Positions 24,401 to 36,663 of a stretch of 64,000 nt of DNA are shown here, in pieces. The notes below the pieces were generated by a model, which was not told the origin of the DNA, did not search any database, and saw nothing but the letters and a program-made list of their open reading frames with translations. Where the stretch lies: positions 620,001 through 684,000 of the forward strand of contig BDGG01000017.1 in NCBI GenBank assembly GCA_001949185.1, read 5' to 3'. The stretch is from Ramazzottius varieornatus (lineage: Eukaryota > Animalia > Tardigrada). The translations under genes were made by a program, and so were the position numbers. Positions within the stretch are counted from its first letter, which is position 1; every line of letters begins with the position of its first letter.

Positions 24401-27400
24401 TCAGTGTGCTTACTTGTTACAGAGTCGGAAGTGGACGGCGAAGTGCACGAGCCCATCCACATTCTCAACGTGGCTTTCAAGCACTCTAGCCTGACGGACG
24501 ACGACGAGACGCTCAGTCGGACGTTGGAGGCCTACTTTGGGGCCCAGCTCAATCGTAACCTGTTGCAGAAGGGCCTGCGTCGCATCACCTTTTTGGTACT
24601 TCGCCCTCAACAGTACCCCAAATACTTTACCTTTCGCGCACGCGACAACTTTGCCGAGGATCAAATCTACCGACATTTAGAGCCGGCATTAGCTTTCCAG
24701 CTGGAGATTAACCGCCTGAGAACGTACAACCTCGAGGTATTGTGCCAACCCTGTCATGCACCTCCATGCACCATCCATACAGATGTGTCCGCTGTTTACG
24801 TACGCAGGTTGCTGATGCAGCCATATGGGTGGTATGGTCGATCGATACTGTAGTAGCGGCGAATGCTGCATGTGTGTCTTTGGGTGCCACAAAATGGAGA
24901 TAGGGATATGTCGATGTTGTTGTTGCAGGTGATATCGACGCCCAACTACAAGATTAACCTGTACCTGGGTTCAGCCAAGAGTGACCGGCAGGAAGGGCAC
25001 GAAGCCAACGATTACCGCTTCTTCGTTCGCTCCATCATCCGCCATTCCGACCTGGTAACCAAAGAAGCTTCGGCCGAATTCTTGCAGACGGAAGGTGAGC
25101 GCGTGCTGCTGGAAGCCATGGATGCACTGGAAGTGGGCTTCTCCCATGCCATGTCTCAAAAGACGGACTGTAACCACATCTTCCTCAACTTTGTCCCCAC
25201 CGTCATCATGGACCCCAACAAGATTGAAGAGAGTGTGCGCGGCATGATTATGCGTTATGGCAGCAGGTATGTGCCGACTGTCGTCAACCATGGTGACAGA
25301 CTATATGCAGCTCTGGGCTTTGCTTACAGGCTGTGGAAGTTGCGAGTGCTGGAAGCGGAAATCAAGATTAACATTCGCCTATCAGCTAACGAAGAATCCA
25401 TCCCCATCAGGCTGTGTGTGGCCAACGAAAGCGGCTACTACCTGGACTTGCACCTGTACAAGGAAGTCAAAGATGCCAAAGTCGGCATGACCAAAGTACA
25501 TGATGATGAAATAAGGCAAAAGTACTTGCTTGACGAGTGGCCGATGTGGTCTTGTCTTGTTGCAGTTTGAGTCGTGGGGCGTTAAGCAGGGCTTTCTGCA
25601 TGGACGATCGACAGACACGCCGTACATGACCAAGAACTATCTACAGCAGAAGCGATTCACAGCCCAGACCAACGGCACCACTTACGTCTACGACTTCCCC
25701 GAAATGTTCCGACAGGTAAGACCCCAAGATGCTCGATGCCACCATAAATAGAGAATGTTGTCTTGTGGTCTTTAGGCACTGCTGAAGCAGTGGCGGGAGT
25801 TTGGGGAAAACCGGCTGGGGGGTTGTGAAGTGCCGGCGCAGGTGATGGAGTGCATCGAGCTGGTGCTGGACTCGCACGACAACCTCTACGAGAATAATAG
25901 GCTGCCTGGCGAGAACAATATTGCCATGGTGGCCTGGCGGATGACGCTGAAAACAGCACAGTACCCCGAAGGACGCCACTTGATCGTCATCGCCAACGAC
26001 ATTACCCACAAGATTGGCTCCTTTGGACCCAAAGAAGATGTCCTCTTTCTGGTAGCCCTGACTTTTTAGCGCCATTGCTGTCATGGAAGCCAACGAGCCA
26101 TCAAAGCCTTGCTCTCTTGTTGTAGAAAGCTTCAGAGTTGGCGCGACTGCGGAAAATTCCTCGCATCTACTTGGCTGCCAATTCCGGTGCTCGTATTGGC
26201 CTAGCCGAAGAAGTCAAGGCCATCTATCGCATCGCCTGGAACGACAGTGGCGATCCCGATCGCGTAAGTGGCAGCGCCCTCCTCATGGTTGCCAATGACA
26301 GAGAAAGTATGGCTAGCAATTTACGCCAATGTTGTCTTGACCACACACAGGGTTACAAGTATCTGTACTTGTCGCCGGATGACTACAAGAAAGTCAGCCC
26401 CTTAAACAGTGTGCGAGCCGAGTTGACCGAGACGGCAGAGCTGGGGCCGCACTACAAGATATTGGACATTTACGGCAAGGACAATGGCCTGGGTGTGGAG
26501 AACTTGCGGGGATCGGCGGCCATTGCCGGCGAAACGTCCAGAGCTTACTGTGATATCGTCACCATCAGCCTGGTTGGTCAAGTCCTGACTGAAGGTCACA
26601 GACACATCTTGTGTTTGGCAGTGTCTGACTGGAAGCTGTGCTCTGTCTTAGGTGTCGTGCCGCTCCATTGGCATCGGTGCCTACCTGGTACGATTAGGGC
26701 AGCGCGTAATCCAAGTGGAGACGTCGCACATCATCCTGACCGGCGCACCAGCCCTGAACAAAGTGCTGGGCAAGGAAGTTTACACCTCCAACAACCAGCT
26801 GGGTGGGCCGCAAATCATGTTTGCCAACGGTGTCTCCCACTTGACCGTCCCTAATGACTTTGAGGGCGTATCCAATATCCTCTACTGGCTATCCTACGTA
26901 CCCGAGGTAAGACCCGTACCCTCTCTATTGTCCTCTGCCGGCAAGAGATGGAGATGCTTGAAGGCATGTAAGGTTGTGTGGTGCTTGATTGTAGAAACGA
27001 GGATCGATGGTGCCCATCACGGCCCCCGTGGACCCCATCGAGCGTGACGTCGATTATGTACCGACCAAAACACCCTACGATCCGCGCTGGTTCTTGGCCG
27101 GTAAAAGAGACGACAACGACTATGAAAAGTGGCTAAACGGGTAAGTTCGTGATCAAGGGGCGCTGCCATGCCTTACTGGCCCATCAAAAGGCAGCTATTG
27201 CCCCTTTCCACAGCGCTCTTCCTCAAAAGTCCCGTACCAGTCTTCCTTCCCCTATTTTCCCTCAGTGTATGATGGATGAACTAGGTTTCCGTCCGAGACG
27301 TGTCTGTGATCAAAAGCTGTCAATGACACTGAACACTGATCTTTTCTAGCTGAGTCTGTCATGTGCTTTGCCATCCTGCAGCGCACGGCCATCTTGGCTG

Positions 27401-28992
27401 TTGGGACAGGAAAGTGCGACGTTGTGTTAACGATGATCAGAGGTTTCTGTCTCTTTCTCTTGCAGCTTTTTCGATCGTGGCTCCTTCCGGGAGATCTTGA
27501 GTAACTGGGCACAAACGGTAGTGTGCGGCCGTGCGCGACTAGGCGGCATCCCGGTTGGCGTCATCGCCGTCGAAACACGAACTGTCGAGCTCAACATTCC
27601 CGCTGACCCAGCCAACTTTGACTCGGAAGCCAAGGTATGTTGTGGTAGGCAGCTGCTTCTCCTACCTAGCCCCCTTGATGAGCGCTTGTTGGTAGAGTGT
27701 GCAACAAGCCGGTCAAGTGTGGTATCCCGACTCGGCCTACAAGACGGCACAAGCCATCACCGACTTTGGCCACGAAGAGCTGCCACTGATCATCTTTGCC
27801 AACTGGCGCGGCTTCTCTGGCGGCATGAAGGACATGTACGATCAAGTGCTGAAGATGGGCGCTTACATTGTCGACAGCTTGACCAGCTACAAGCAGCCCA
27901 TCCTGGTCTACATTCCGCCCTACGCTGAGTTGCGCGGTGGGGCCTGGGTCGTCGTTGATCCCTCCATCAACGCCGACTTTATGGAAATGTACGCCGACAA
28001 CGACAGCCGCGGCGGCGTCCTGGAACCGGAAGGTACCGTCGAGATCAAGTACCGCAAGAAGGAGCTCATCTCCGCCATGCATCGCCTAGATGCCAAGATG
28101 ATGGAACTGAACAAGGAGAAGGCGGCTGCAACCAATAAAGCCGACAAGGACAAGGTAAGTCAACATTGCCCACGGTCGACCTCTTCTCTTGCTCATTCTT
28201 CCCCTTTTTCAGCTGGAAAAGGCCATGCGAGAGCGGGAAAGTCGGCTGCTGCCCATTTATCACCAGGTGGCCCTCAAGTTTGCCGATCTGCACGACACGG
28301 CCGGCCGCATGCTGGAGAAGGGCGTCATCCTGGACATTATCCCCTGGCGTCGCTCCCGCACCTTCTTCTACTTTCGTCTGCACCGTCTTCTGCTGGAGAA
28401 CCAACTGCGCAAAAAGATCACGGTCATCAATGGTGCACTGTCGGTGGGGCAGAATCGGGCCATGCTCCGCAGATGGTTCATTGAAGTCGTCGGCGTGCAC
28501 CGGGTGAGAATATCATGCTGACATAGCATAACATGACAGGCCATCCTGCGCTTATGACATGACCTTACTGCTTGTAGGTATAGTAATATACAAACTGGGT
28601 AAGGTCGTTTTCAAGTGGCGCACTTTTTCGAACGGGATAGCTGCAGCCGTGCGCCACTTGAAAAACGACCTTTTTCAGTTTGTTTTGCTAGATCCCAGTA
28701 AAGCGTGTATGCATCACATGTGCTTTTGATTCAGGCTCACGAATGGGATGACAACCGCGCCATGGTTGAATGGTACTTGGATCAGCGGCAACGCAATGAC
28801 TCGGCCATCAGCGACAACCTACGAGTACTGGAAGCCGACCTGGCCATCAATCAGATCCAGCATCTGCTCGATGTCAACCCAGACATCCACTTTGAATCGG
28901 CTCGCCATATTGTCACCCGGTTAAATGGTGCGCAACGCGCAGAGTTGCTCAACGTCCTTAGCGAACTCGATAGCGAATCTGCTAGTGGCTAA
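18437..28992 (+). CDS. ACC: Acetyl-CoA carboxylase (BC-BCCP-CT multidomain), about 25 exons
   Basis: [62 protein letters not shown], biotin-attachment [63 protein letters not shown]. Every junction I traced is an in-frame GT-AG. Confidence 0.98.
20764..20799. repeat. 15-bp direct repeat in a short ACC intron
   Basis: gacctcggagaccat at 20764-20778 and 20785-20799. Confidence 0.85.
21281..22017. mobile_element. Non-autonomous Tc1/mariner-like element (737 bp) in the longest ACC intron
   Basis: Left end cagcttgaggcggctaagtgactgcca vs reverse complement of right end cagcccgaggcggccaagtgactacca; TA on both flanks (21279-80, 22018-19); AT-rich interior with no transposase ORF. Confidence 0.8.
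28581..28690. mobile_element. Single-hairpin (short) member of the double-hairpin family, in last ACC intron
   Basis: acaaactg...aggtcgttttcaagtggcgcac [loop] gtgcgccacttgaaaaacgacct...cagtttgt. Confidence 0.75.
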
Positions 28993-30163
28993 TCCCTTTT
29001 ATTTACTACTTATTTTCCTTTGCTCTCTTTTGACTTTTGTAGTATTCTAGCTTGCGAACTGACATGGTGAGAGAGAGGCAAGGTTGGATAGAGGAGCCAC
29101 TTGCATTTACGGTTGAAACTCTTTCTGTCACTTGATTGTGCAGGCTTTCAATGACCGCAGATGGACACACTGTCTTTTGTTGCCCTTTCTTGTTTAATAT
29201 TCCGTAGCCTTTAATTTTAACCTATCTTTGTCATTGCGAATCCGTATGTATCCATACCCGTATTCTGAACTTTACTACCTTGGTCGCTTTCCTTTTCGAT
29301 CAAGGTTCAAGTACAGTACACGCAATTTCCCGTCGAGCGTGTACTTTTCTTCTGTACTTTGTCGCCACTTGCTCGTACCAGCGCGCAGCGGCTGTAAAGC
29401 ATAACGACCAAGTTACTATGCATTAATAGCATAACATGGGTGCGGTATACTGTGGGAAAAGATGGAAATAATTGTGCTGACTGGGCAAGCTGACATGGAT
29501 TGATGAGGCGTAACGTTTACTCTAGCCCATCTAACCGGTTACCGCGGCCATGCTTGTGGTTTGCAAAACCTTGACTGCTTCAACTCAGTCGTCGGTCGTG
29601 TCCTCTTGGATGGAAGAGAGGATTACGGGTACTGCGACGTCAGGATGCGCCACCATTTAGCCTCGGTACACAAGCAGACGCAGAATGGGTAGTTCTACTT
29701 CCTGGTTGCACAATGCGTTAGTGATGTCTTGTGGCCGGACAGCTAAGTTAAGTTAATCAACAATCAAACGAAGGCGACATGATAGATCAAACGGAAGCTG
29801 GTAAAGTGCAACAAACTCTTGCTGTAGTTGTTCCTATTCACCCAACTTTTCTTCGCAGTAAGTCTGTTTTGCATGTCCCTCAGTTTTCCAACGCTCTTAA
29901 CGGACTGAGGGGTACAGCTTGACACGGTACTGACGACCAAACACTGCGTTGGAAACTATATCCGTACAGGAGCGTGGCATCTGTGGGTGGCCAATGATAG
30001 ATAGAGCCCACCGGAAGTGAAACCAGACCCTGGTGAAACCTGCAGCAGCTACGTATATAACAGTTAAGGTAAAACGGTAAGCTCTGTCTTTCATGCCTCT
30101 TGATACTGCCAGCCTTCTAAGCTGCATTTGCTGTTGTATCTTGCAGATCGGGTGCTATCGGAG

Positions 30164-33153
30164 ATGGATTCGGCGGTGGAGCTAGAAGAAAGACCTGGCG
30201 TTTTCGGGCCTGTCTGCTACCACAGTGTCAAGCATCAACCACGACGCTGCACCGATCTTCCCTGCTGCTTCTGTTTCCTCCTCTTTACCATTTTCCTAGT
30301 AAGCTTAGCCTTTGGTCCCGCGTCATTTTATATAGACGTGTCCATTCGGTTGCAGATTTTGACGGCAGTGGTGGCTGCCATCTTTGGAGCGCCATTACGT
30401 CTTTTGTACGGACAGGACTCCTTCGGCAATGTCTGCGGAGCTGCCAACCAGCAGATTGAGAACAGAACCATGACTGGCATGGACATGAGCCAGCGTCCGT
30501 AAGTCTCTTTCCCTGTTGGGCGGGAGTTGAGGCTCATCCAGCTGTTGCGCTTCTTGTAGGTTCGTCTTCTCCTTCGACATCAGCAACCCCCGCAATGCCT
30601 TACAACTATGTGTCCACAAATGCCCCGATCGTCGGTTGTCGACGCTGCGCGAACTGGAGGAGTTTGCCGTGCAGAAGCATTCGGGCCTGTGCATGTACAA
30701 CGTCCAGCCTGAGCAGTATCGCAACAGCGACTCGGTGATGGTTACCGCTGAAGAGTGCGCAGCCATCCGCAGCGACCCCGTCGCTGTTCAGGTCGTCGAC
30801 GATTACGGGCCCCGAGGATGTCTCCTGAAGATGCTGCAGTGGCGCCAGGGCTTTGGCATGTGTCCCAAACTTCCCGTCGAAGCCAGGTAAGCCTCAATCG
30901 CATCCCACACCTTAATGCATTCCCATGCTCTGTGTATGCGAGATGACGCATGGTCCGTCATCCTGTCTATCAAATGCTTTTCTTTGCAGCGACGTAATTT
31001 TGAACCGTTGCGTTCCCAGCAAGAATGAGGTGGATATGGCCACCGTCTACGACTACTACGCCTACTTGAACAGTTTCGATCTGCATAAGCGCGTCATGGC
31101 CGATTTCTACGCCAGCTACCGACAAGTCATCGGCTTGACCATTACCGCTTTAGGTGGCACACTGGCCTGTTGCATGTCTAGAATTCCGAGTTGACCGCAT
31201 CACGATGGAACTTTCTTTCCATAGTGGCGTCGATATTGATAATTGTCGTCCTTCGATTTGCGCCGGGAGCTGTGGTCCACATGATTCTAAGCGTGGCCGC
31301 TGTTGGAACTACGGGTTGGTACCATGTGAAATGCAAGTGAGACGAGAGACGGTGTTGAAGGGTGATCTGTTTTTACAGTGACCAGTGCCCTATTGTGGTT
31401 TTCCTGGTCGACACTGAAGCGTTCGCTGGATAACCGCTTGTTCGACGGACCTTACGATGTACTTCAAGAAGAGACCAAGAACGAAGTGGTCTTGTTTGTC
31501 TTCGCCATCTTTGTCACTGCTCTTTCGGTACGAAGTCTTGGTCTTCAGTCAAGCACAAACCTCCAGTGACGACATCTCTTGCAGGCCATATTGCTGTTGA
31601 CGCTGCTCTTTGCTCGTCGACATGGCTCTCAAGTGGTGAAAATCTTTGAAGAAGCTTCGCGTTGTATCGGGGAAATGCCCAGCCTGCTGGCGCAACCGCT
31701 GTGGACCTTTCTCTTCTTGGCGACTTTTTTCGCCTTTTGGTTCTACGTCATGCTCTGTCTAGCCACTTCCGGTATTGTACCATCCAGCTCATGTTACTTG
31801 CGCTGACCCTCTGCGACAAGTGCCTGCTGTAGATCTACCGCGCTTTGTCAAGAAGGAAATTCAGTTCGGCAACGACACGGTGAAGCGGGCCATTTCCAAC
31901 ACGACCTTCACGGTGGTGGAGTACGAGGACCACACCATCTTGCGGCTATTGTGGGTCTGCTACGCCTTTGCCCTCATCTGGGTTAGCGAGTTCATCCTGG
32001 CCGCCCAACAGATGGTGGTGGCCAGTGCCGTCTCCATGTGGTACTTTGAAAAGTACGCCAACTTCTGCCTCTACTATTCTCACTTCCAATGCTACTTACA
32101 ATATCGACGTCGATGACTTTAGGGATAAGAAGGACTGTCAAGGACCTGTCATCTCCTCCATCAAGCAGCTTATCCTCTACCATTTGGGCTCGGTGGCCTT
32201 GGGTGCCGTTACCATCACTGCCCTCAAGATCCCTCGCCTACTGCTCCTCGCCATCAAAAAGCTGTATCTTCTTAGTCGACCCACTATCTTGTTTCGTCAT
32301 GCTTGTGAACGTTAGGGAGTCATGCCTTTGTTCTCCGTAGGTGGACGCCGGAGGACAGCGTTGTGCACAGAGAGCGGACTTCCGGTTGGTGGGGCCACTT
32401 TCAGCGCTGGCTGATCGACATCAATCACAATGCTTACGCCATCGTTTGTAAGTCTTTGCCATCGCTCTGTGTATTACGCTCATGTTGGGCATTAATCAGC
32501 GGGGGTCTTATGTCATTACAGCCGTCCAAGGGATCAACTTTTTCCCAGCTGCTGCTGAAGCCCACGACTTGTTGCATGAGTACACGGAAGTAGTGCCGAT
32601 GATCCAAATTAACCGCCTAGTTGACTTTATCCTCTTTCTTGGTACGTCCGTATTCCTTTCTGTCCCAGCTTATCAGGAGAACATGGTTGTGAGACTTTAC
32701 AGGGAAGGTGGCGGTGACGAGTATCGTGGCCATCTGCGGTATTGTCAGTATGAAGTACGACCCGCAGTTGCATCTCTTTGGTATCCCGCTGCTGATCTGC
32801 TGCGTCTTTGCTTACTTTATTGCCCATTGCGTCCTGTCGCTTTACGAGGTGCGTCGACTTAGCTGCCATTGTTTTAACCAAGAGGAGCATGGCCGTCGTT
32901 CTTGTTCTTGCAGGTGGTGATCGATACGTTGTTTTTGTGCTACTGCGAGGACCTGCGCATTCACGAGTACTGTGACGAGGTGGAACCTGCAAGTGGCTAC
33001 GATACGGTTGACCATCCATCAGCCCCTATCACCGTCCACAGCGCCAGTGCTAAAACCTACTTTGCCAAGCCTGGCTGGCGAGAACTGATGCAGACCCCGA
33101 TGGACAAGAATGATATCCAGATGACCGGTTTCGAGACTATTCTGCATAGATAA
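30164..33153 (+). CDS. Choline transporter-like protein (CTL/SLC44 family, CTL1-like), multi-exon
   Basis: RRCTDLPC, LLYGQDSFGNVCG, LCVHKCP, ILNRCVP, WVSEFILAAQQMVVA, YHLGSVALG, NHNAY, DFILFLGK, VIDTLFLCYCED; multiple TM segments. Confidence 0.9.
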
Positions 33154-33672
33154 CGCTGCAAAAGTCTCTTTTGACGTCCGAATTTCCCGTTTCGTTTTTA
33201 CTTTTTACCTCTTTGACAGAATCTCTTCTTTGTTCCTTCGATGTAGTGTTCGTAGTGTCAATCTGATTTTTTTATCCTGAATTCGTGCTTCTTGTCTTCT
33301 CTGAGTGCTTTTGCACGTCTGTCCAGATGTACCTAGTGCGAAGGGTGTCGGCTGTGTGATCGAATTCCTCCGGTGCTAATTAAAGACGTTGATCCTTTAT
33401 TCGCAAATAAAGCAAAGTAATCAGTGGCAACACTGTATCACCTAAATACGCTGCTCAGTGAAGCCAGAACCGAACATAAAACACCACCGTGCACAGACGA
33501 GAACAGCTAACAATGAGCGCCATCACTTGAAACTGATGACGAAATGTCTAACTTGTTGTGCAAAGGTGACCGGTAGATCCCATTCTATAACATAAGGAAC
33601 TTGGAACAACTGCGAAAACTGATTAAAGCATAAAAAACATGATTGAACAGCTACGATAAAGCAAATTGGCCT

Positions 33673-35096
33673 CTATGCCAGACGGTCCAAGCGAGCCTGG
33701 GCCATCTTGAGAGCAAAACGGAGCTCTTGCTGGAGCGAGTTGTGCTGCTGCAAGAGGCGATCGCGTTCGGCAATGACCAGCTGGTGTTCCTTCGTCTGGT
33801 CCTGCTCTTGATCCTTCTTCTTCTGCCGGTAGTTGCGAGCAGCCTTGACGTTCTGGCCACGCTTCTTTGGCGTCACCTTCTTGCCCGCTCGCTTGGAAGC
33901 CGTGCTCTCCAGCGAACTGGTGGAAGGACTCTTGGCTATTCTGGCCTTGCTGCTAGCTTTCCGTTGACGAGCCGACTTGCGAGGTGGCGGTGTGGGGACA
34001 GGACTCTCAATGGCCGACGTTGGTGGGCAGGTTGGCAAGTTGGATGGTGCAGGCGAAGGGCTGAGTGAGAAGAATGGAGAGTCGTCGAAAGAATCCACCG
34101 ATGTGGCACGATGCTGTCCAACGGTCGAGGTACCTGCAAATCAATAACAATATTAGCCTCTTCAATCAACTGAATACTGGCGACATGTCCTACTACTCGG
34201 AAAGTACATAGGTGCAAGTCACACCTGGTGCATAGCTGCAGGACTCGCTGATGGAAGCCAGAGTGGGAACGGTGCTTTCCAGCATCTGGCGAAGTTTCTC
34301 CAACGAAGCCAGGAAGGCACCATCCTCCTCCAGCGAAGGTGTTACCGAAGGGACAGTTGTGTTATAGCCACTGTGAAAAGGCTCGGCGAAGGTTCCATCC
34401 CACAAGCACCCCTCCAGAACGTCATCCAACTCCATCCTTGACGATGAATTCTTGTAGCCATCGACACCATACACCTCCAGCGGACTCTTGAACGAGCCAT
34501 ATTCTCCCAGCTTCCCATTGTTCGCACCCCCACTGTTACCTGCAACGAAAGGAGAGATTTAGATGGAGTATCGGGGACAATGCAGTAAAAGGCTGGTACT
34601 CGAGAAAAGTACCCTGCAGGCCGTTGTGTTAAAAACTCGTTCTGCCATCGAAATGTGCGCATCATGATAACCCTATATAGGCTCGAGGGCATTTGGCGCT
34701 GCCTCCTGCCCACCAGGCCTTCGGTTCGAACCCTAAAGATCGCCGCTTTTTCAGACCTGTCCTACCTGTAAAGTGTATTTCCGCCGCAGAAGACGAAGGC
34801 GTAAAGGTGAGATCCTGTTCCATAGACATGTCCAATCCATCGATAATCAGCTGCAGATCACTGAGAGCCTTCCCTTCGCCGGCCGAGCCATCACGCGTCA
34901 CTTCGGCAAGTGAAAAAGCACTGTCACAGAGTTCAAAGCCAAAATGGCCAAAGCTAGACTCTCCACACCCATAGATAGCTTCCAGAAGGCTTAAATCGGT
35001 CTGCTGTTCACTTGACAGCAGACTCTTGTGTCCCATCACCTGACCCGACGGTCCCATCCGTCCCCACACGGAATATCCTGCAGATCCCAACGACAT
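33673..35096 (-). CDS. ATF4/ATF5-like bZIP transcription factor; exons 35096-34766, 34539-34225, 34133-33673
   Basis: C-terminal KRGQNVKAARNYRQKKK plus leucine zipper resembles the ATF4 basic region (QNKTAATRYRQKK). The three exons join in frame via GT-AG introns, and the leader has ATF4-type uORFs. Confidence 0.8.
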
Positions 35097-35245
35097 TTTT
35101 CTTTCCGGAGAGGCGGATGGATGAGTTGCGACTGCACCAAGCGCCTAAAGCTTCCACGGGAGACCTGTAAAGAGGAAAAGAACCCAGCGTAACGACATCC
35201 CCTCCTGGCAGGAACGACAGGAGCACCAACTTACGTCATTTTCAT
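35008..35245 (-). promoter_or_regulatory. uORF2 (55 aa, spliced), overlapping the bZIP start out of frame
   Basis: ATG AAA ATG AC|gtaagt (intron 35234-35165) ttacag|G TCT CCC... to TGA at 35008; overlaps the main ORF by 89 nt. Confidence 0.75.
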
Positions 35246-35291
35246 CAAGTAAAGGGACAACCGAGCACCGAAGTGCGGGCGTTTTTTTGCT

Positions 35292-35300
35292 TTAGCACAT
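35292..35300 (-). promoter_or_regulatory. uORF1 (ATG TGC TAA)
   Basis: Two-codon ORF ending 46 nt upstream of the uORF2 ATG. Confidence 0.6.
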
Positions 35301-35522
35301 TCTTCGACCTGGTAATTAATTAGGCCAAAAACGGGAGAACGCTAGGTCTAAACTATCGCGTCAAAAGAAGCATGTGACAAGGTCGGCAGACCAAAAACCG
35401 CGAGAACCTCGGGAAAAGGTGACAGAGCTAAACCGTGGAGTGGAGGAAAATGAATTCGAGACTGCAAGTGAAGTGCTGAAGCGAGTCACCCGTTTCCGTC
35501 CGATAGCGCAAAAATGCATGGC

Positions 35523-35583
35523 TGATGCAATCTCGCACTTTTGGCCTGGTCAACATGGATCACGCGATTGGCTTGTGACGTCA
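35523..35583. promoter_or_regulatory. C/EBP-ATF (CARE/AARE) site, CCAAT box and CRE clustered upstream of the ATF4-like gene
   Basis: TGATGCAAT 35523-35531; ATTGG 35567-35571; TGACGTCA 35576-35583. Confidence 0.5.
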
Positions 35584-36663
35584 GACGAGTGTATTGTACC
35601 CGTCGTCAGCGTTACGACCACGGAATACCGGCCTCCCGACGTACTATCACCCTTATTTGCCATTCGGCAGATCTCGCAGCCACACCTTCGGCGCCTCCTA
35701 TGTCTCGTTCTCTTTAGCTGCGGCTGCCTACGTCAATGGCCTTTCGAGTCTGCCAAATAGTGTCATTTCCTGGAAAGCAGCCACGGCGCCACCTCCACCT
35801 CCATTCAGCCAGATCCGAACCAGTTTTGCACGGATGCTTTGACGGCAAATTTAGACTCTGACTTATGGAATCATAGATTTTCTGGCCTACTCCAAATATG
35901 CTCCATTACCACCCTCACAAAATGTGGCAAGAACAGAAGGACCGAAACAAAAGAGTGGAGTGGGCAAAATCGGAGGAAAAGAGTGGAGTGGGCACTTACG
36001 GAGCCTCACCATGATGATTCCGCGGCCAAAACAATTCTGCCAAAACGTAATCTACGGTTCCAGAGTATACTGATTTGTTCAGACGATGGCTCATTACAGC
36101 TTAAAGATGACATCTTGTGTTTGGATCGTCCGAGACTGGAATACTGGGGTCGGGCAAAGAGTCGCCCGAAAATCCAGGAACAGCAGCGGTCCGTAATAGA
36201 ACTTTTCGTAGGAGGCATGGTGACAAACGTTCTCAGCAGAGCATGAATGTTTTCAACTCGATGGCGTCACAAAATGTTGATTTCTACTCGTGCTCGGCCA
36301 CAGTCACGTCGGTGCTTCGGTCTGATTGATTGACTCTACCAACCATAAATCTGCAGGCAACGCCAGCGTTCTGCAGATCATGAAAAGCAGTCAAGGATCA
36401 AACGGTCGCAACTACTTTCCATGACTGTCCATGCGTGCACATCGAAAAATCTATGCGAGGCTGCGACTGCGAGTTGTTTTGATGGAGGTTGTCATAATTT
36501 CAAAGCTGCTATTCCGTACCTCTACATCAAATCCACAAAATCATTTTGTTTCACCTCCAGGATTGTAGAGAAGATACCTGGGATTCGGAGTGACGAAGTT
36601 CTGATTGGGTAGTCGTGCTTTAGGTGTCAAACTGGTCTATTTAGGCCAAGACTCTGTGGCATT

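Noticed and set aside
27277-27293. Resemblance to the 18S rRNA 3' end (aactaggtttccgt)
   Set aside because: Only ~14 nt, imperfect, and same sense as rRNA, so neither an rRNA fragment nor a guide.
18437-28992. Many long antisense or alternate-frame ORFs over ACC (also over REV3 and the BTB exon)
   Set aside because: Expected shadows of GC3-rich coding exons, with no independent motifs.
34690-34740. tRNA T-loop/B-box-like GGTTCGAACCC in the bZIP intron
   Set aside because: No cloverleaf or convincing A-box around it.
35552-35571. ERSE-like CCAAT...CCAYG on the minus strand
   Set aside because: Spacing is 8 rather than 9 nt and the CCACG half-site is mismatched.
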